Shown piece by piece: positions 1 to 12,178 of a stretch of DNA of 63,850 bases. The stretch is from the NCBI RefSeq assembly GCF_001194135.2, contig NC_069001.1, positions 37,577,308 to 37,641,157 of the forward strand, written 5' to 3'. This stretch comes from Octopus bimaculoides (Eukaryota). Below the pieces are notes generated by a model. It had not been told where the DNA came from, made no database searches, and was given only the letters and a program-made list of their open reading frames with translations. Each line of letters opens with the position of its first letter. The first letter of the stretch is position 1. Position numbers and translations under genes: made by a program.

Positions 1-64
1 GGAGAGAGAGAGGGAGAGAGGGAGAGAGGGAGAGAGAGAGAGAGAGAGAGAGAGAATGCCTTAC

Positions 65-2106
65 TTTGCCACTCAATGGTCCTTGAATCAGTTTGGGATA
101 TTTCTGGGACACTGTGTTTCCATGTCCAAGTTTACCATAGTCGCCTGTCAAAGAAGAAATGGTAGAAACAGGCAGGTATATTACAAGACATTTCTACACC
201 AAAAGCAAGGATGTTTGGAACCAGTGAGGGGCTATCTATATGGACAACTAACTGTGACCCATTAGAAATAGCAGCTAAATCTCACTCAACTTACACCCTA
301 CTTTATTTTTTTTAAGACCATATAAGAAAATGCAGTCATAGGCACACTATGTCTGATCCCTGTGAAATGGCTTTTATCAAAGAATAGTTGGATCAGGTCT
401 GACCCGGGGCTAAACAACAACCAAATATTCTATACACAAGTTATACTATACATGCATTATACACTAGATATGCTATATATGATATCGTGGCACTCTGTCG
501 ATTATGACGATGAGGGTTCCAGTTGATCCGATCAATGGAACAGCCAGCTCATGAAATTAACATGCAAGTGGCTGAGCACTCCACAGACATGTGTACCCTT
601 AATGTAGTTCTCAGGGAGATTCAGCGTGACACAGAGTGTGACAAGGCTGACCCTTTGAAATACAGGTACAACAGAAACAGGAAGAAAGAGTGAGAGAAAG
701 TTGTGGTGAAAGAGTACAGCTGGGTTAGTCACTACCCCCTGCCGGAGCCTTGTGGAGCTTTAGGTGTTTTCGCTCAATAAACGCTCACAACACCCAGTCT
801 GGGAATCGAAACCGTGATCCTACGACCACGAGTCCACTGCCCTAACCACTGGGCCATTGCACCTCTATATATAATATACTATATACAAGTTATATTATGT
901 ATCATACAACACAATTTAACCTAAAACATCTACACATTTGCAGCAATGGATTAATGATTGCCAATTACACCATTCCACATTTTAGGAGGAAACAAAAACC
1001 TCAGTGAGTTACCTCCTCCCTTCACAATACCAACCTTAAAAAGTCTATTGATGAATGTGAGTTCAGCATCATTGTCAACAACAATCTGCATTTGATGAAA
1101 CATATTTCTAAAATCAACCGAACGACTTAAGGTGTCTTAGCATCACTCAGTTATCACGCTGGTTATCTGTTGAAAGGTCTATATAGCTGTGATATGTCCA
1201 CAGTTATTCTGTATCTCCAGTCTGGAATCCCTATCTTGTCCAGCATAACAATTTCCTGGAAGCTTTCCGGAGATGTGCAACCAGGCAAATGCCCTCAGTC
1301 TTCAACGTATCACTTCTCTGACAACGACACACTAGAGTCTCAATGCCTAGCAACTGACTTGGTAGAAGCCCACAAAATTATCCACCATCTTTACAACAAC
1401 TTTGGCCACTTTTTTGAATACAACATCTCTACCACCCATAGACATGCTTATAAAATCAAATACCAGTGCAGCACCTATGACTTGCAAGGACATTTTTTCA
1501 TGCTCAGAATGGTTGAAGCAAGGAATAAACTCCCTGCATTGCTTTTTAGCTGTCAGGACAGTGCATCCTTGGAAAATTCCATGCTTGCTGAAATTCACCA
1601 ATTTTTACTTCTGACAAATGCATCAGCTCAACTACAGTTTTGATATTTAGCAGCTGACTTGGTAGAATCCCGCAAGATCATCCACCATGTTGCCAAAAAT
1701 GGCCACCTTTTTAAATTAAATATCTCAACCATCCATGGATATGCTTATAAAATCAAAGAACAGCACACTACCCATGACTTACAGGAACATATTTTAATCA
1801 AAACAGACCAGTTACATGTACATGTGTGTGTGTGTGTGTGTGTGTAAGGTCAACTAAAAGACTTACCATCTCCCCAACTGAAAACCTGTCCATCTGTTGA
1901 CATTGCTAAACTGTGACCATCTGATCCTTTGGATGACGAGATCTTTTTAATTTGACATTTCGGGTCAAAGGTCAGCTTCTTTGGGACGGCCTGGTTGCTG
2001 GAATCTCCAAGCCCCAAACGTCCATAACTTCCTTTACCACAGGCAGCTACTGATCCTTCATTGTGGACAACAAACGTGCAAAACTGGCCAGCTTCAATCT
2101 GAGCAG

Positions 2107-2155
<49 letters not shown>

Positions 2156-3514
2156 TAACAATAATAATAATAATAATAATAACAATAACAATAATAATAA
2201 CAATGGTTTCAAATTTTGCCACAAGGGCAGCAGTTTTGGAGGAGGGGATGAGTCGATTACATCGACCCCAGTGTTCAACTGGTACTTATTTTGTCGACCC
2301 TGAAAGAGTGAAAGGCAAAGTCGACCTTGGCAGAATTTGAACTCAGAACGTAATTTTGGCAGCATTTGAGAGGAAGAGGAAGACTGATTACACTGCCCCC
2401 AGTACTCGACTGGTACTTTATTTTAATGACCCTCAAAAAGGGATGAAAGGAAACACTGACCAGACTGTAATGAGTTGGAACAAACACCACAGGGCATTTT
2501 TCCCCGATGATGATGAGGATTGTGATGACAATGATGACTAAGGCATTGACGACCATGATGTGGTGACGATGATGATGGATGATGACGGCAGTGATGATGA
2601 TGTTAATGATAACATTAGTGAATACGATGATAAAGACAACAACAACAACAAAGATGTTGGCAGCAACACGACTTCTACTACTACTACTACTACTATGATG
2701 GCTTACCTGTTGACAATCTCCAAAAGCTGATGTCAATTTCGGCGTGGTCACCTTCTCCTGGCTGCCCTCCCCCAGCTGGTGGCTGCTATTACTGCCCCAC
2801 ACATACACCTCACAGTTGGCACCAAATACAGACGAGTTCCCTTCTGTATTGCGGTTTTCATCGGGACTCATGCACGTACTTGCATAATGCACAGCTAAGT
2901 GGTAAACCTGCCGCAGAAATAAACACAAAACAATAATAAATGACAAATAAAAACAACAATAATGATAATAATCCTTTCTGCTATAGGCATGAGGCCTGAA
3001 ATTTGAGNNNNNNNNNNNNNNNNNNNNNNNNNNNNNNNNNNNNNNNNNNNNNNNNNNNNNNNNNNNNNNNNNNNNNNNNNNNNNNNNNNNNNNNNNNNNN
3101 NNNNNNNNNNNNNNNNNNNNNNNNNNNNNNNNNNNNNNNNNNNNNNNNNNNNNNNNNNNNNNNNNNNNNNNNNNNNNNNNNNNNNNNNNNNNNNNNNNNN
3201 NNNNNNNNNNNNNNNNNNNNNNNNNNNNNNNNNNNNNNNNNNNNNNNNNNNNNNNNNNNNNNNNNNNNNNNNNNNNNNNNNNNNNNNNNNNNNNNNNNNN
3301 NNNNNNNNNNNNNNNNNNNNNNNNNNNNNNNNNNNNNNNNNNNNNNNNNNNNNNNNNNNNNNNNNNNNNNNNNNNNNNNNNNNNNNNNNNNNNNNNNNNN
3401 NNNNNNNNNNNNNNNNNNNNNNNNNNNNNNNNNNNNNNNNNNNNNNNNNNNNNNNNNNNNNNNNNNNNNNNNNNNNNNNNNNNNNNNNNNNNNNNNNNNN
3501 NNNNNNNNNNNNNN

Positions 3515-3573
<59 letters not shown>

Positions 3574-6292
3574 CACACATGCACATACATATATATATAT
3601 AAATACATACATACATACATATATATATATATACACATAGAAGTAAATTTATAAAAAGGTTAAGAGGGATATATAATCCTAGTAGGTACTGTGCTCATTC
3701 CTATTGGTTAACAATGCTGGCTAACCTGAGGAGTGTAGATGAATTCCAGTTCGTTAAATTTACTATACTAGGTTCATCCTCACTTTGGTAAATCCAAATG
3801 TCCTTATAAAGACTACAAAATGTCTTGATATATACACACACACACACAGCCTCTGGCAAACCATATTGAGCGAGTATAGCAGTATGATCTCATCTGAAGC
3901 TCAAATTCACAGCCTACACAACCTACACAGTGGTTGGGTAGGGAGAACATGCTGAGGCTCTCGTCCTGCAGTGAAACGAACATGGGTAATCCACACACAC
4001 ACGCACACACACGTTTTTATACCTTACCACCCACACACCCTTGCATCTACCCACCTGTTCCATCAGGTACATGGCAGCATCATACAAAGAAATCAATCCA
4101 TTCTCGTCTTTTGTGGGTTTTTTCTTTACAGCAAGGAACTTATCAGCACCACCCTGCAATTACAAAAACAACAACATTGAGACAATTTCATAAGAAATAA
4201 GCGTGAAGGATTTCATTTATTTGGGGTAACAGAAATATGTACAAAATCAGGGTATTGACTTCTTAGGACCCAGAGAGAGAACTGCATGGCTTCAAGAGGG
4301 ACTAGCTGGGGGGAAAGAGCAAGGGGAGTGGGTGTTGACTGTTTGTATCCCATCATTAAATTAATCTAAGCCATAGAAAGAGCAGTATGGGTTTTATACA
4401 TAGAGTTTAGAAAGGGTTATTTTGATAAAATTGTATTATTTTATCGTTTTCACAAAGATGGGAGATAACAGATGTAAGGCAGGCAGCTCTGAGTCACCAG
4501 ATTTTGGAAATGCAATGAAGGCCTCCCAAAAGAGATTTTGCAAAGTGAAACAAGGCTACTTTCGGACTTTAAAAAGGAGATTTTGCTACAAATCCAAGGA
4601 CTCTGCTTCCTGCCCTTCCCCGTCTCTTCTTTTGAGGAAGGAAGCTATCAAATAATAACTTTATTGTTGTTAAGCTGATGTTAGGAACATAAATTATCGT
4701 GAAATCTTTGCTGGAAGGTTTTAATTTAGATCATTTTAAAACAGAAAGTCTGCACCAGAGAACCAGAAGCAGTCTCAGACTGGTTGGTATCAAAATGGTA
4801 AAGAAATGTGTGAGTTGTCAGGGAACCAAAATGTTTACCATTTTCTGTAAGAAAGCAGAGAAGGATCCACTTAACAACTCCTACTTAACTCTTTACTTAC
4901 CATATTTCTGATGGAATACTCTGCCTTTGTTTCAATTAATTTTGGAAATAGTGAAGAATTTAGTAATAGAACTTCATCATTGTGAAGCTGATGTTTTAGA
5001 ACATAATTTAACATGAAAATTTGATGGAAGGTTTTAATTTGTTCCTACACCAATTATGATTTTAACAAATGATTTTACAAATTAATAATCAAATTAAAAC
5101 ACAACAAACAAGTCTATATCTGGTCACATGACATGCTAGAAATAACAGTCAACACACCTCAAATCATACCCTACTGTCTTAAAAATATGACACAGTGCAA
5201 TGTATTTCCTTCATTATTTGAGATAATAAAGTGTGATTTCAGGAGATTTGGCTGCTATTTCTAGCATGTGCAGTGACCATGTAGAGACTCCCTTGTTGCG
5301 TTGAGATAAAATAAAATAATGTAAACTGACGAGAAAAGAAATGAGACTTGAATGGGACGCCAAGATATACTTACAACGGACTGAACCATCTGCTGGATTA
5401 TATCCATGAAGAAATCATAATGGATGTTTGTCGATCTCTGGGAATGGTCATCAGATTTCATGGAAGCAGCATAAGCTTGCAGGGCGACCTCCACCCACTC
5501 TAGCAGATAGCGTAGAGATCCTCTCTGGGCGGCCAATGCTAACATGAGTTCAGCAGCCAGCTGTTGACCGACCAAGTTAGCACTGGACGCTGGTCCGATT
5601 GTACTCCGCAGGAAGTTGGTCACTTGATTCAAGGTCTCCATCCCGAGTGGCGTGACCTTTATCTCATTAGCAAGGGACAGCGGGGGTAGTTTGGTGACGA
5701 CGTCAAGGGCTGTTTGGAAGACGTCATCGCACAAGCAAACGTTGTCGATATGAGGGGCAAGGATCCAATTCTGTCTCAGCAACGAGAACAACAAACTCAA
5801 TCCGGTCTTAATGCCCATTTCAATAAGAACCTCAGAACCACATTTCGTCTTATCCCCAGCAAACTTGCCATTGTCATTTGTTTTGTCAGCATCTAACGAC
5901 GGCTCTTCAATGTTGCTTTTGTTCTGGTCATGATATTTGCTTGATACAGCCGAATAGATTCGTTGTAAAACAGCAAGTCGCTTTTGTAATGATTTTGTAA
6001 AAGGCGAAGTCAAACATATAGTCTCTGCTAAGACTTTCTGGCAACCCAGTAGAGCACTGAGATAGTGTTCTTGCTCACCAGTGGAGGGCTGTTCGTGCTC
6101 AAAGTCAGGAAGGATAGGGGTCTTCAGATGTACAACCTGAGGAAACTGGCAGCATATTTCTTTGTTACTTAGCAGACGTTCATAGAATTCGTCCAGTCGT
6201 TCTTCATTTGCAATTAACTCACAATCTTCAGAAGCCCAGCCTTGATTGAAATGCTCAATATATTTTAGTTTGATGTGCTGTCTTCTACTCAT
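65..6292 (-). CDS. HERC1: HERC1-like giant E3 ubiquitin ligase, 5' part (N-terminal region and start of RCC1-like domain 1); continues off the left edge
   Basis: Coding exons (minus): 6292-5375 ([19 protein letters not shown]...[19 protein letters not shown]...LPPLSLANE...[13 protein letters not shown]), 4153-4055, 2907-2707 ([14 protein letters not shown]), 2098-1867 (IEAGQFCTF...[13 protein letters not shown]...SSSKGSDGH...VFSWGDG), 144-65 ([26 protein letters not shown]). All introns are GT-AG with matching phases. An acceptor just upstream of 6300 implies an upstream non-coding exon. The motifs match human HERC1 N-terminus and RLD1 as I recall them. Confidence 0.96.
488..864 (-). mobile_element. 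tRNA-derived SINE (family A)
   Basis: On the minus strand the head reads TGGCCCAGTGGTTAGG (A box) ... GGTTTCGATTCC (B box). The body matches a plus-strand copy at about 25588-25910. Confidence 0.8.
1170..1800 (+). mobile_element. Decayed CR1/L2-type LINE 3' fragment with a local tandem duplication
   Basis: [34 protein letters not shown] resembles the conserved CR1/L2 post-RT motif (GH..KL......D.R..FF..RVV..WN.LP). About 150 bp at 1360-1500 is repeated degenerately at 1650-1790. Confidence 0.6.
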
Positions 6293-7056
6293 CTTAAAAG
6301 CTGCAAAAGACGGAAAAAACAATTTTTTAAGGGAAAATTACACAACTGAATTTTTATAAAAAATATCACAAAATATTCAAGGATATGGCAGTTCTGGAAA
6401 ATATGACCACGATAGACATCCAGACATCTTACGCCACTTGACTGATCAGCATGAAGCCCCAGCCAGACATATCTCAAATTTGTGACTCACAGATCAGCTG
6501 TGTCCACTCTCTCTATCCTCGTCTACCACTACTACAAAAGTCTCTGCTCCTTCACACTTAACATATACTATTTCTGTTCAAACATTTTCTCCTCCTCTTC
6601 TCATCATCATCCATACTGTAACTCTTCCTCCTCCCTCTTCCTTATTTTGGCTAATTTTTTGCCTTAAACCTCTGAACTCACAATCACACTTTAACAGGTG
6701 TGATTTTATTGAAGTTGAGGGAATCAACTTCCCCTCCCCTCAAAATTGCTGGACTCATCCCAAAATGATAAAGAATCTATTCCTTTTATTACTGCCTTAC
6801 ATTCTGAGTTCAAATTCTGTTGAGGTCAACTCTATCATTTGTCCTTCGGGAGTCAATGAAATAAATACCAGTTAAGCACTTTTCTAACAGACCAAGCGAC
6901 CACGTAAACGCCCCACAGCTTCCTATTGACAAGTGGCACGATGACATATGAAAGCGATGTGCATACACGCACACACACACAGTCGCTGAAGGCTGTATGC
7001 ACACACATAGTCAGATGTCGAAAACTGTATGTATATCTGTATATATACACAAATTG

Positions 7057-7115
7057 AAAGTCGGGTCATATTAAAAGTCGGGTCATATTAAAAGTCGGGT
7101 CATATTAAAAGTCGG
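7057..7115. repeat. 17-bp minisatellite, 3.5 copies
   Basis: (AAAGTCGGGTCATATTA)x3 followed by AAAGTCGG. Confidence 0.9.
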
Positions 7116-10100
7116 TGATGGTTGAGATGAGTGAATATATTTATGTACGTTTATATGTGTGGGTGTGTTTTGTTGATGTGTGTGTATACATATACACACA
7201 TAAGTACATACATAAATAAATACATATACAAATACATACATACATACATACACATACAGAGACACCAACGTCAATCTGCGTATACATACACGCCTTTCAA
7301 CGGCAGTATGTGAACACATGCACAGATGTTAAGGTCCATGTATACACCCATTTTCAACGCCAACCTGTATCTATATATAACTTAACTTTCAATATCAGTA
7401 GACAAACAAATATACACACAAGCTTTTAACGTCTGTGTACGTACGTACACAGACAGACAGACAGACACACACACACTTTCCAACAGCTGTATATAAATAT
7501 ATGCTGCTGCTGCTACTACTACTACCATTATTAGCGAGCTGCTATTTCTAACCGGGTTCTCGATCCACAAGCAATAGCAGTCAGATGACTCAGAAATCAC
7601 ATGTTACTGTCTTAGAACAGGGCAGATGACACGGTGTAGTCCTAGATACACTTATGTCTGCAAAAATAAAATAAAACTGATGAGATGTTCACGACCGAAA
7701 CATCTTTCACCACAGGTGCATATTCGTCCAGGAATGACCTAGGGTTAAAAAATAACCCAGCACAAGCGGAGGATACGGAGAGGAATGTTCCAGACTAACA
7801 AGAGACACGGTTGTTAGGCTCTCGGTTCAGCTATGGGCTGGTTCCAAGGCATTCCAGCTATGACCACTCCGTCATTATTATTATTATAAAGACGGCAGTG
7901 CGGTGTTGGAGGTGTAGGTTCGGCTGTTATTTCTAGCATGTCGAGCAACAACATAGAGGTCTCTGCCCTGGCCCGCGACGGGAGTGTTTGTGTGTGTGTA
8001 GACGTAATTTCTGCGTGAACATAGACATGGATGTATATGTGTGCCTTTATGTGGACAGGCATTTGCGTGTGTGTGTGTGTGTGTGTGTGTGTACATTTAG
8101 TTTCAGTCATTGGACAGCGGCCATGCTGGAGCACTGCCTTGGGAGGGTTTAGTCGAATAAATCGACTCCAGTACCTTTTTTAAAGCCTAATATTTATTCT
8201 ATCGGTCACTTTTTGCCGAACCATTACGTTACGGGGACGTAAACAAACTAACAGCGGTTGTCAAGTGGGGTGGGAACATAACACATACACACACGCGCGC
8301 GTGGACATTACTATAGAATGGAGTTGGAATTATCTAGCGTGATTCTGCAAAAACAATTTTCTTGTATGTGGGAGAAGGTACCACCCACTGCCTTTTCTTT
8401 TGTAATTTTTCACTTCCCAACCTCTTTTATTTTATTTATTTATTTATTTGTTTTCAGATTTCGATTTTTAAACATGTGACTTTTCTTTAAAATTATACAT
8501 GACTTAAAATCCGAATGTAAAAACTGAAAAACTACGCAAAATGTGTCGCTGGAGGAGGCACCCTATAACAAAGAAAATTGGGTGCGAGATAGGGGTAAAG
8601 ATTTGTATTCTACGAGGCTTAAAACATACAAAGCAGAAACAATTACGGGTTTCGGTGCGCTAAAATAATTTCCGTCTCTATAGTACAGGAATACCTCACG
8701 GTGCGCGCGTACGCACAAGTTTGCACACGAAAGAGAGAGAGAGCAGTGAGCGACAGAGAAACAAAGAGGGAGGGAGGGAGCGACAGAGAAACAAAGAGGG
8801 AGGGAAGGACAGACAGAGAGAAAGAAACATTATGTGTGTTTGTGCTTTATTTTGTTTGCGTTTATCACAGCTCAGGTGATGTTGGTGTGAATATGTGTAT
8901 ACAAGTGCATATATACATACATATATATATTTATATAAATTAATCCCAAATTGTTTCGTCAGCCCATTGTGTGTGCGTATGATCGACGTGTCTACACATC
9001 AAAGAAGCTGGGACAATGGTAAAAGCGGAGCATAGCGTTTACACATCCAACACGACCATACATGGAACTCTTGACATAAATAATGGCCATCTTCACCATC
9101 ATCATTTTAAATTCCATATCGTAATTGCAAACAGACACATTAGTGTGTGTATTTATATGTAGATATATATAGGTGGCAAGCATGGTCCAGAAACAAGTCT
9201 CCCATTCTGAAAGGAGGTGAGGGGGGAGGGGTAACCGTGAAAGTTATGGGGACGCAGTGATAGAGTAAAATTGGGGGAGGCAGGAGAAAGACAATTACCC
9301 GAGAGAGAGGGGGATAGAGAGAGAGGAGGAGGTGTAGTGATACAAAGAAAGTGTTGTGATAGTAGGGGAGGAGAAGCTGTAATACCAAGGCAATAAGAGA
9401 GAGAGAGAGAGGGATAAAGGATCGGGAGCGATATAAACACACTGTAAGAGAGTAAGAGGTGATACACAGTAACATAAAGACAGAGAAGGTGGCAACGGGA
9501 GAGATAGTAGCAGTGATGCAAATTGAGATAGAGAGAGAGAAAATATACATATATATAGAGAGAGTGATATAAAGAAACTCAAAGAGTAACAGACGACAAA
9601 CGCAGTCAATGTGTTAATATATATATATATATATATATACTCACACGTATAAGGGAAGAGTGACAATTGATAAGACAGAAAAAGCAACAAGAGATGAGAG
9701 GGAGATAGATAGATAGACAAACAGAAAGAGAGTATAAAGAGAGAGAGAGGGGAAGCGAAAGATGGCGCGCGTATCCAAAGCTGCAGACGGGGAGAGAGCA
9801 CTACACCACCTCCACCGTCGTCATCGTTCTGTCTACATAAACGACGTCATTTATGGTGGTGGTGGTGATGGAGACGGCGGCGACGATGTTTCACACATTT
9901 GTTTCGATCTGTTGAAACATACAAATCAACGAAGGAGGAGCCGTCTGCTAGAAATAGCAGTCGATTCTCCATCGAATGCCGTTGTAAATAAGAAGACGTA
10001 TTAGATGATGTAGCTCTAGACACACTCCTAAAAATGGCAGTTATTGCAGCCAGAAATGCCTTTCACCACAAATAGGTGCCACAAAACTTCATGGCGGCGA

Positions 10101-11408
10101 AAGCACATAATTTTATAGACACATGAATATATACGCCCGCGCGCACGCTCGCACACACGAATAAATTCGTCTGTTTATATTATGTTTTTACACCACGCCA
10201 CACCTAAGGTTTCATTCATCGTTGGAGACTTTGGGATGTTATCAGAGCCGAGCATTATCTAACAACAGTGAACATCCCTTTATCGACGCATTCTGTACTA
10301 CGATAATGGATTAATTAACTGTTTTGCGTCATTCTGTTTAGCCAATAATTGTGGCATGTTTCATTTTGATATGCTTCAGCCCCTTATGTATCCCCTGTAA
10401 TCAAAACTACGCACACTGAATATGTGTGCGTATGTATACATGTGCATATATTCATGCGTGTTGTATGAGAACATACGATCTGTGAAGTAGATAGGGGCCA
10501 ACTTGCCGAGCAATACGTTACCATATATGACTGTGCAGGGGCTAGGCTCACCCATCACGTCAGGTAAAGGGGTCGGCAGCAGTAACAAGGGAGGTTACTT
10601 AACATGCAGTGCGTGTGCGGAAGGTTTGCAAACCTCTTCACTGAAATTGGGGAAACGGAGATTGCATGAAAGCTCACTAAATGCATTGTAACTGCAGTTT
10701 GATGGCGGACTTAAAAACATTAAAGTCTACCATCAAATAAGCCACCGAGAGGCGAAATATAATGGTTTCAAATTTTGGCACAAGACCAGCAGTTTTGGGG
10801 AAGGGGTCAAGTCGATTACAACTGGTACTTATTTCATCCACCCTGAAAGGATGGCAAAGTTGACCTTGGCAGCATCTGAACCCAAAACGAAAAGACAAAG
10901 TGCCAATAAGCATTTGCACAGTGTTCTTATGAATCTGCCACCTTGTTGCTGTGAGACGTGAAATCTATTGATAGTCTGGTACCCCATCACTACCCTTTTT
11001 ATTTTCTTCCCAGCTGCTACCACTCACCCTTACATTATGCGGAGTACCTATGAATCTCCACCATAGCAAGGCACTTGGACCTGACCCTCTATCATACTTC
11101 AACCTCTCAGTTCCTGTATACAGCCGCATCCTCCTCTTCCCTATGGGGGCTGTTTCTCTTTTCCATTCTTTGTAGGTCTTGCAAATTATCTGCCAACCTC
11201 ATTAGTGCTGGTAGCACGTAAAAAAACACCCAGTACACTCTGTAAGGTGGTTGGCGTTAGAAAGGGTAACCAGCGATAGAAAATAAGCGAAAGCTGACAT
11301 TGGAGTTCAATGCAGCCTTGAGGCTCACTGGATTCCATCAAACCGTCCAACTCATCTCACCATGAAAAACAGACTTTAAATGACGATGATTTAAGAAATA
11401 TGCAGCTA

Positions 11409-11551
11409 TAACCGTATGTTAATGTATATAAGGAACCCTTATTTGTCAAAAACTAAGTTTAGAAAATATGGGAGTTTCTTATACATAGATAGTATTATAA
11501 TCCCTTAATCCCCCCAAATTTGGGGGTTCCTTATAGACGTTAGAATACAGT
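11409..11551. mobile_element. Tigger/pogo-like MITE (degenerate)
   Basis: Imperfect TIRs ..CGTATGTTAATGTATATAAGGAACCC / GGGTTCCTTATAGACGTTAGAATACAG-TA. Confidence 0.5.
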
Positions 11552-11588
11552 AAATAGAATCTTCTAGACACTATAATCTGGTGCTGAT

Positions 11589-12178
11589 CATCATCATCAT
11601 CATCATCGTTTAACATCCGCTTTCCATGCTAGCATGGGTTGGACGATTTGACTGAGGACTGGTGAAACCGGATGGCAACACTAGGCTCCAATCTAATTTG
11701 GCAGAGTTTCTACAGCTGGATGCCCTTCCTAACGCCAACCACTCAGAGAGCGTAGTGGGTGCTTTTACGTGTCACCCGCACGAAAACGGCCACGCTCGAA
11801 ATGGTGTCTTTTATGTGCCACCCGCACAAGCCAGTCCAGGGGCACTGGCAACGATCTCACTCGAAAATCCTACGGGAGCCAGTCAGGCGGTACTGGCAAC
11901 GGCCACGCTCAAAATGGTGCATCTCATGTGCCACCCACACAAGAGCCAGTCCGGGGGCACTGGCAACGATCTTACTTGGTTTGCCGGGTCTTCTCACGCA
12001 CAGCCCATTTCCAAAGGTCTCCCTCTGTAAAGGGATTGCTGTTAGCAAGGGCATCTAGCCATAGAAACCAAGCCAAAACAGACTATGGGACCTTGTGTGG
12101 CTCCCAGCCTTGCCAGCTCCTGTCCAACTATCCATCCCTTGCCAGTATGGAAAATGGGACATTAAATGATGATGATGA
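11589..12178. mobile_element. Two (ATG)n-tailed RTE-type 3' ends joined head-to-head
   Basis: The left arm begins (CAT)n-GTTTAACATCCGCTTTCCATGC and the right arm ends GGAAAATGGGACATTAAAT-(GAT)n. The arms are related reverse complements. The left arm is nearly identical to 36313-36600. Confidence 0.7.

Noticed and set aside
795-864. tRNA-like A/B boxes (also about 25588-25660 and 57410-57455)
   Set aside because: These are SINE heads continuing into a shared SINE body, and they lack a proper acceptor stem or cloverleaf.
2275-3638. Long ORFs in the track containing runs of X (also at 17275-17640, 35506-36300, 62358-63435)
   Set aside because: They are open only because they cross N gaps and (TA)n or (CAC)n repeats. 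The only real coding parts are the exons listed above.
7677-7706. CTGATGA...GAAAC hammerhead-like core
   Set aside because: Stem II and stem III cannot be formed convincingly; the local pairing GATGTT/AACATC conflicts with the ribozyme fold.
9762-10004. 80-aa plus-strand ORF in a CpG-richer patch upstream of HERC1
   Set aside because: No recognisable homology and partly simple repeat. The patch may be HERC1 promoter or first-exon sequence, but I cannot define boundaries.
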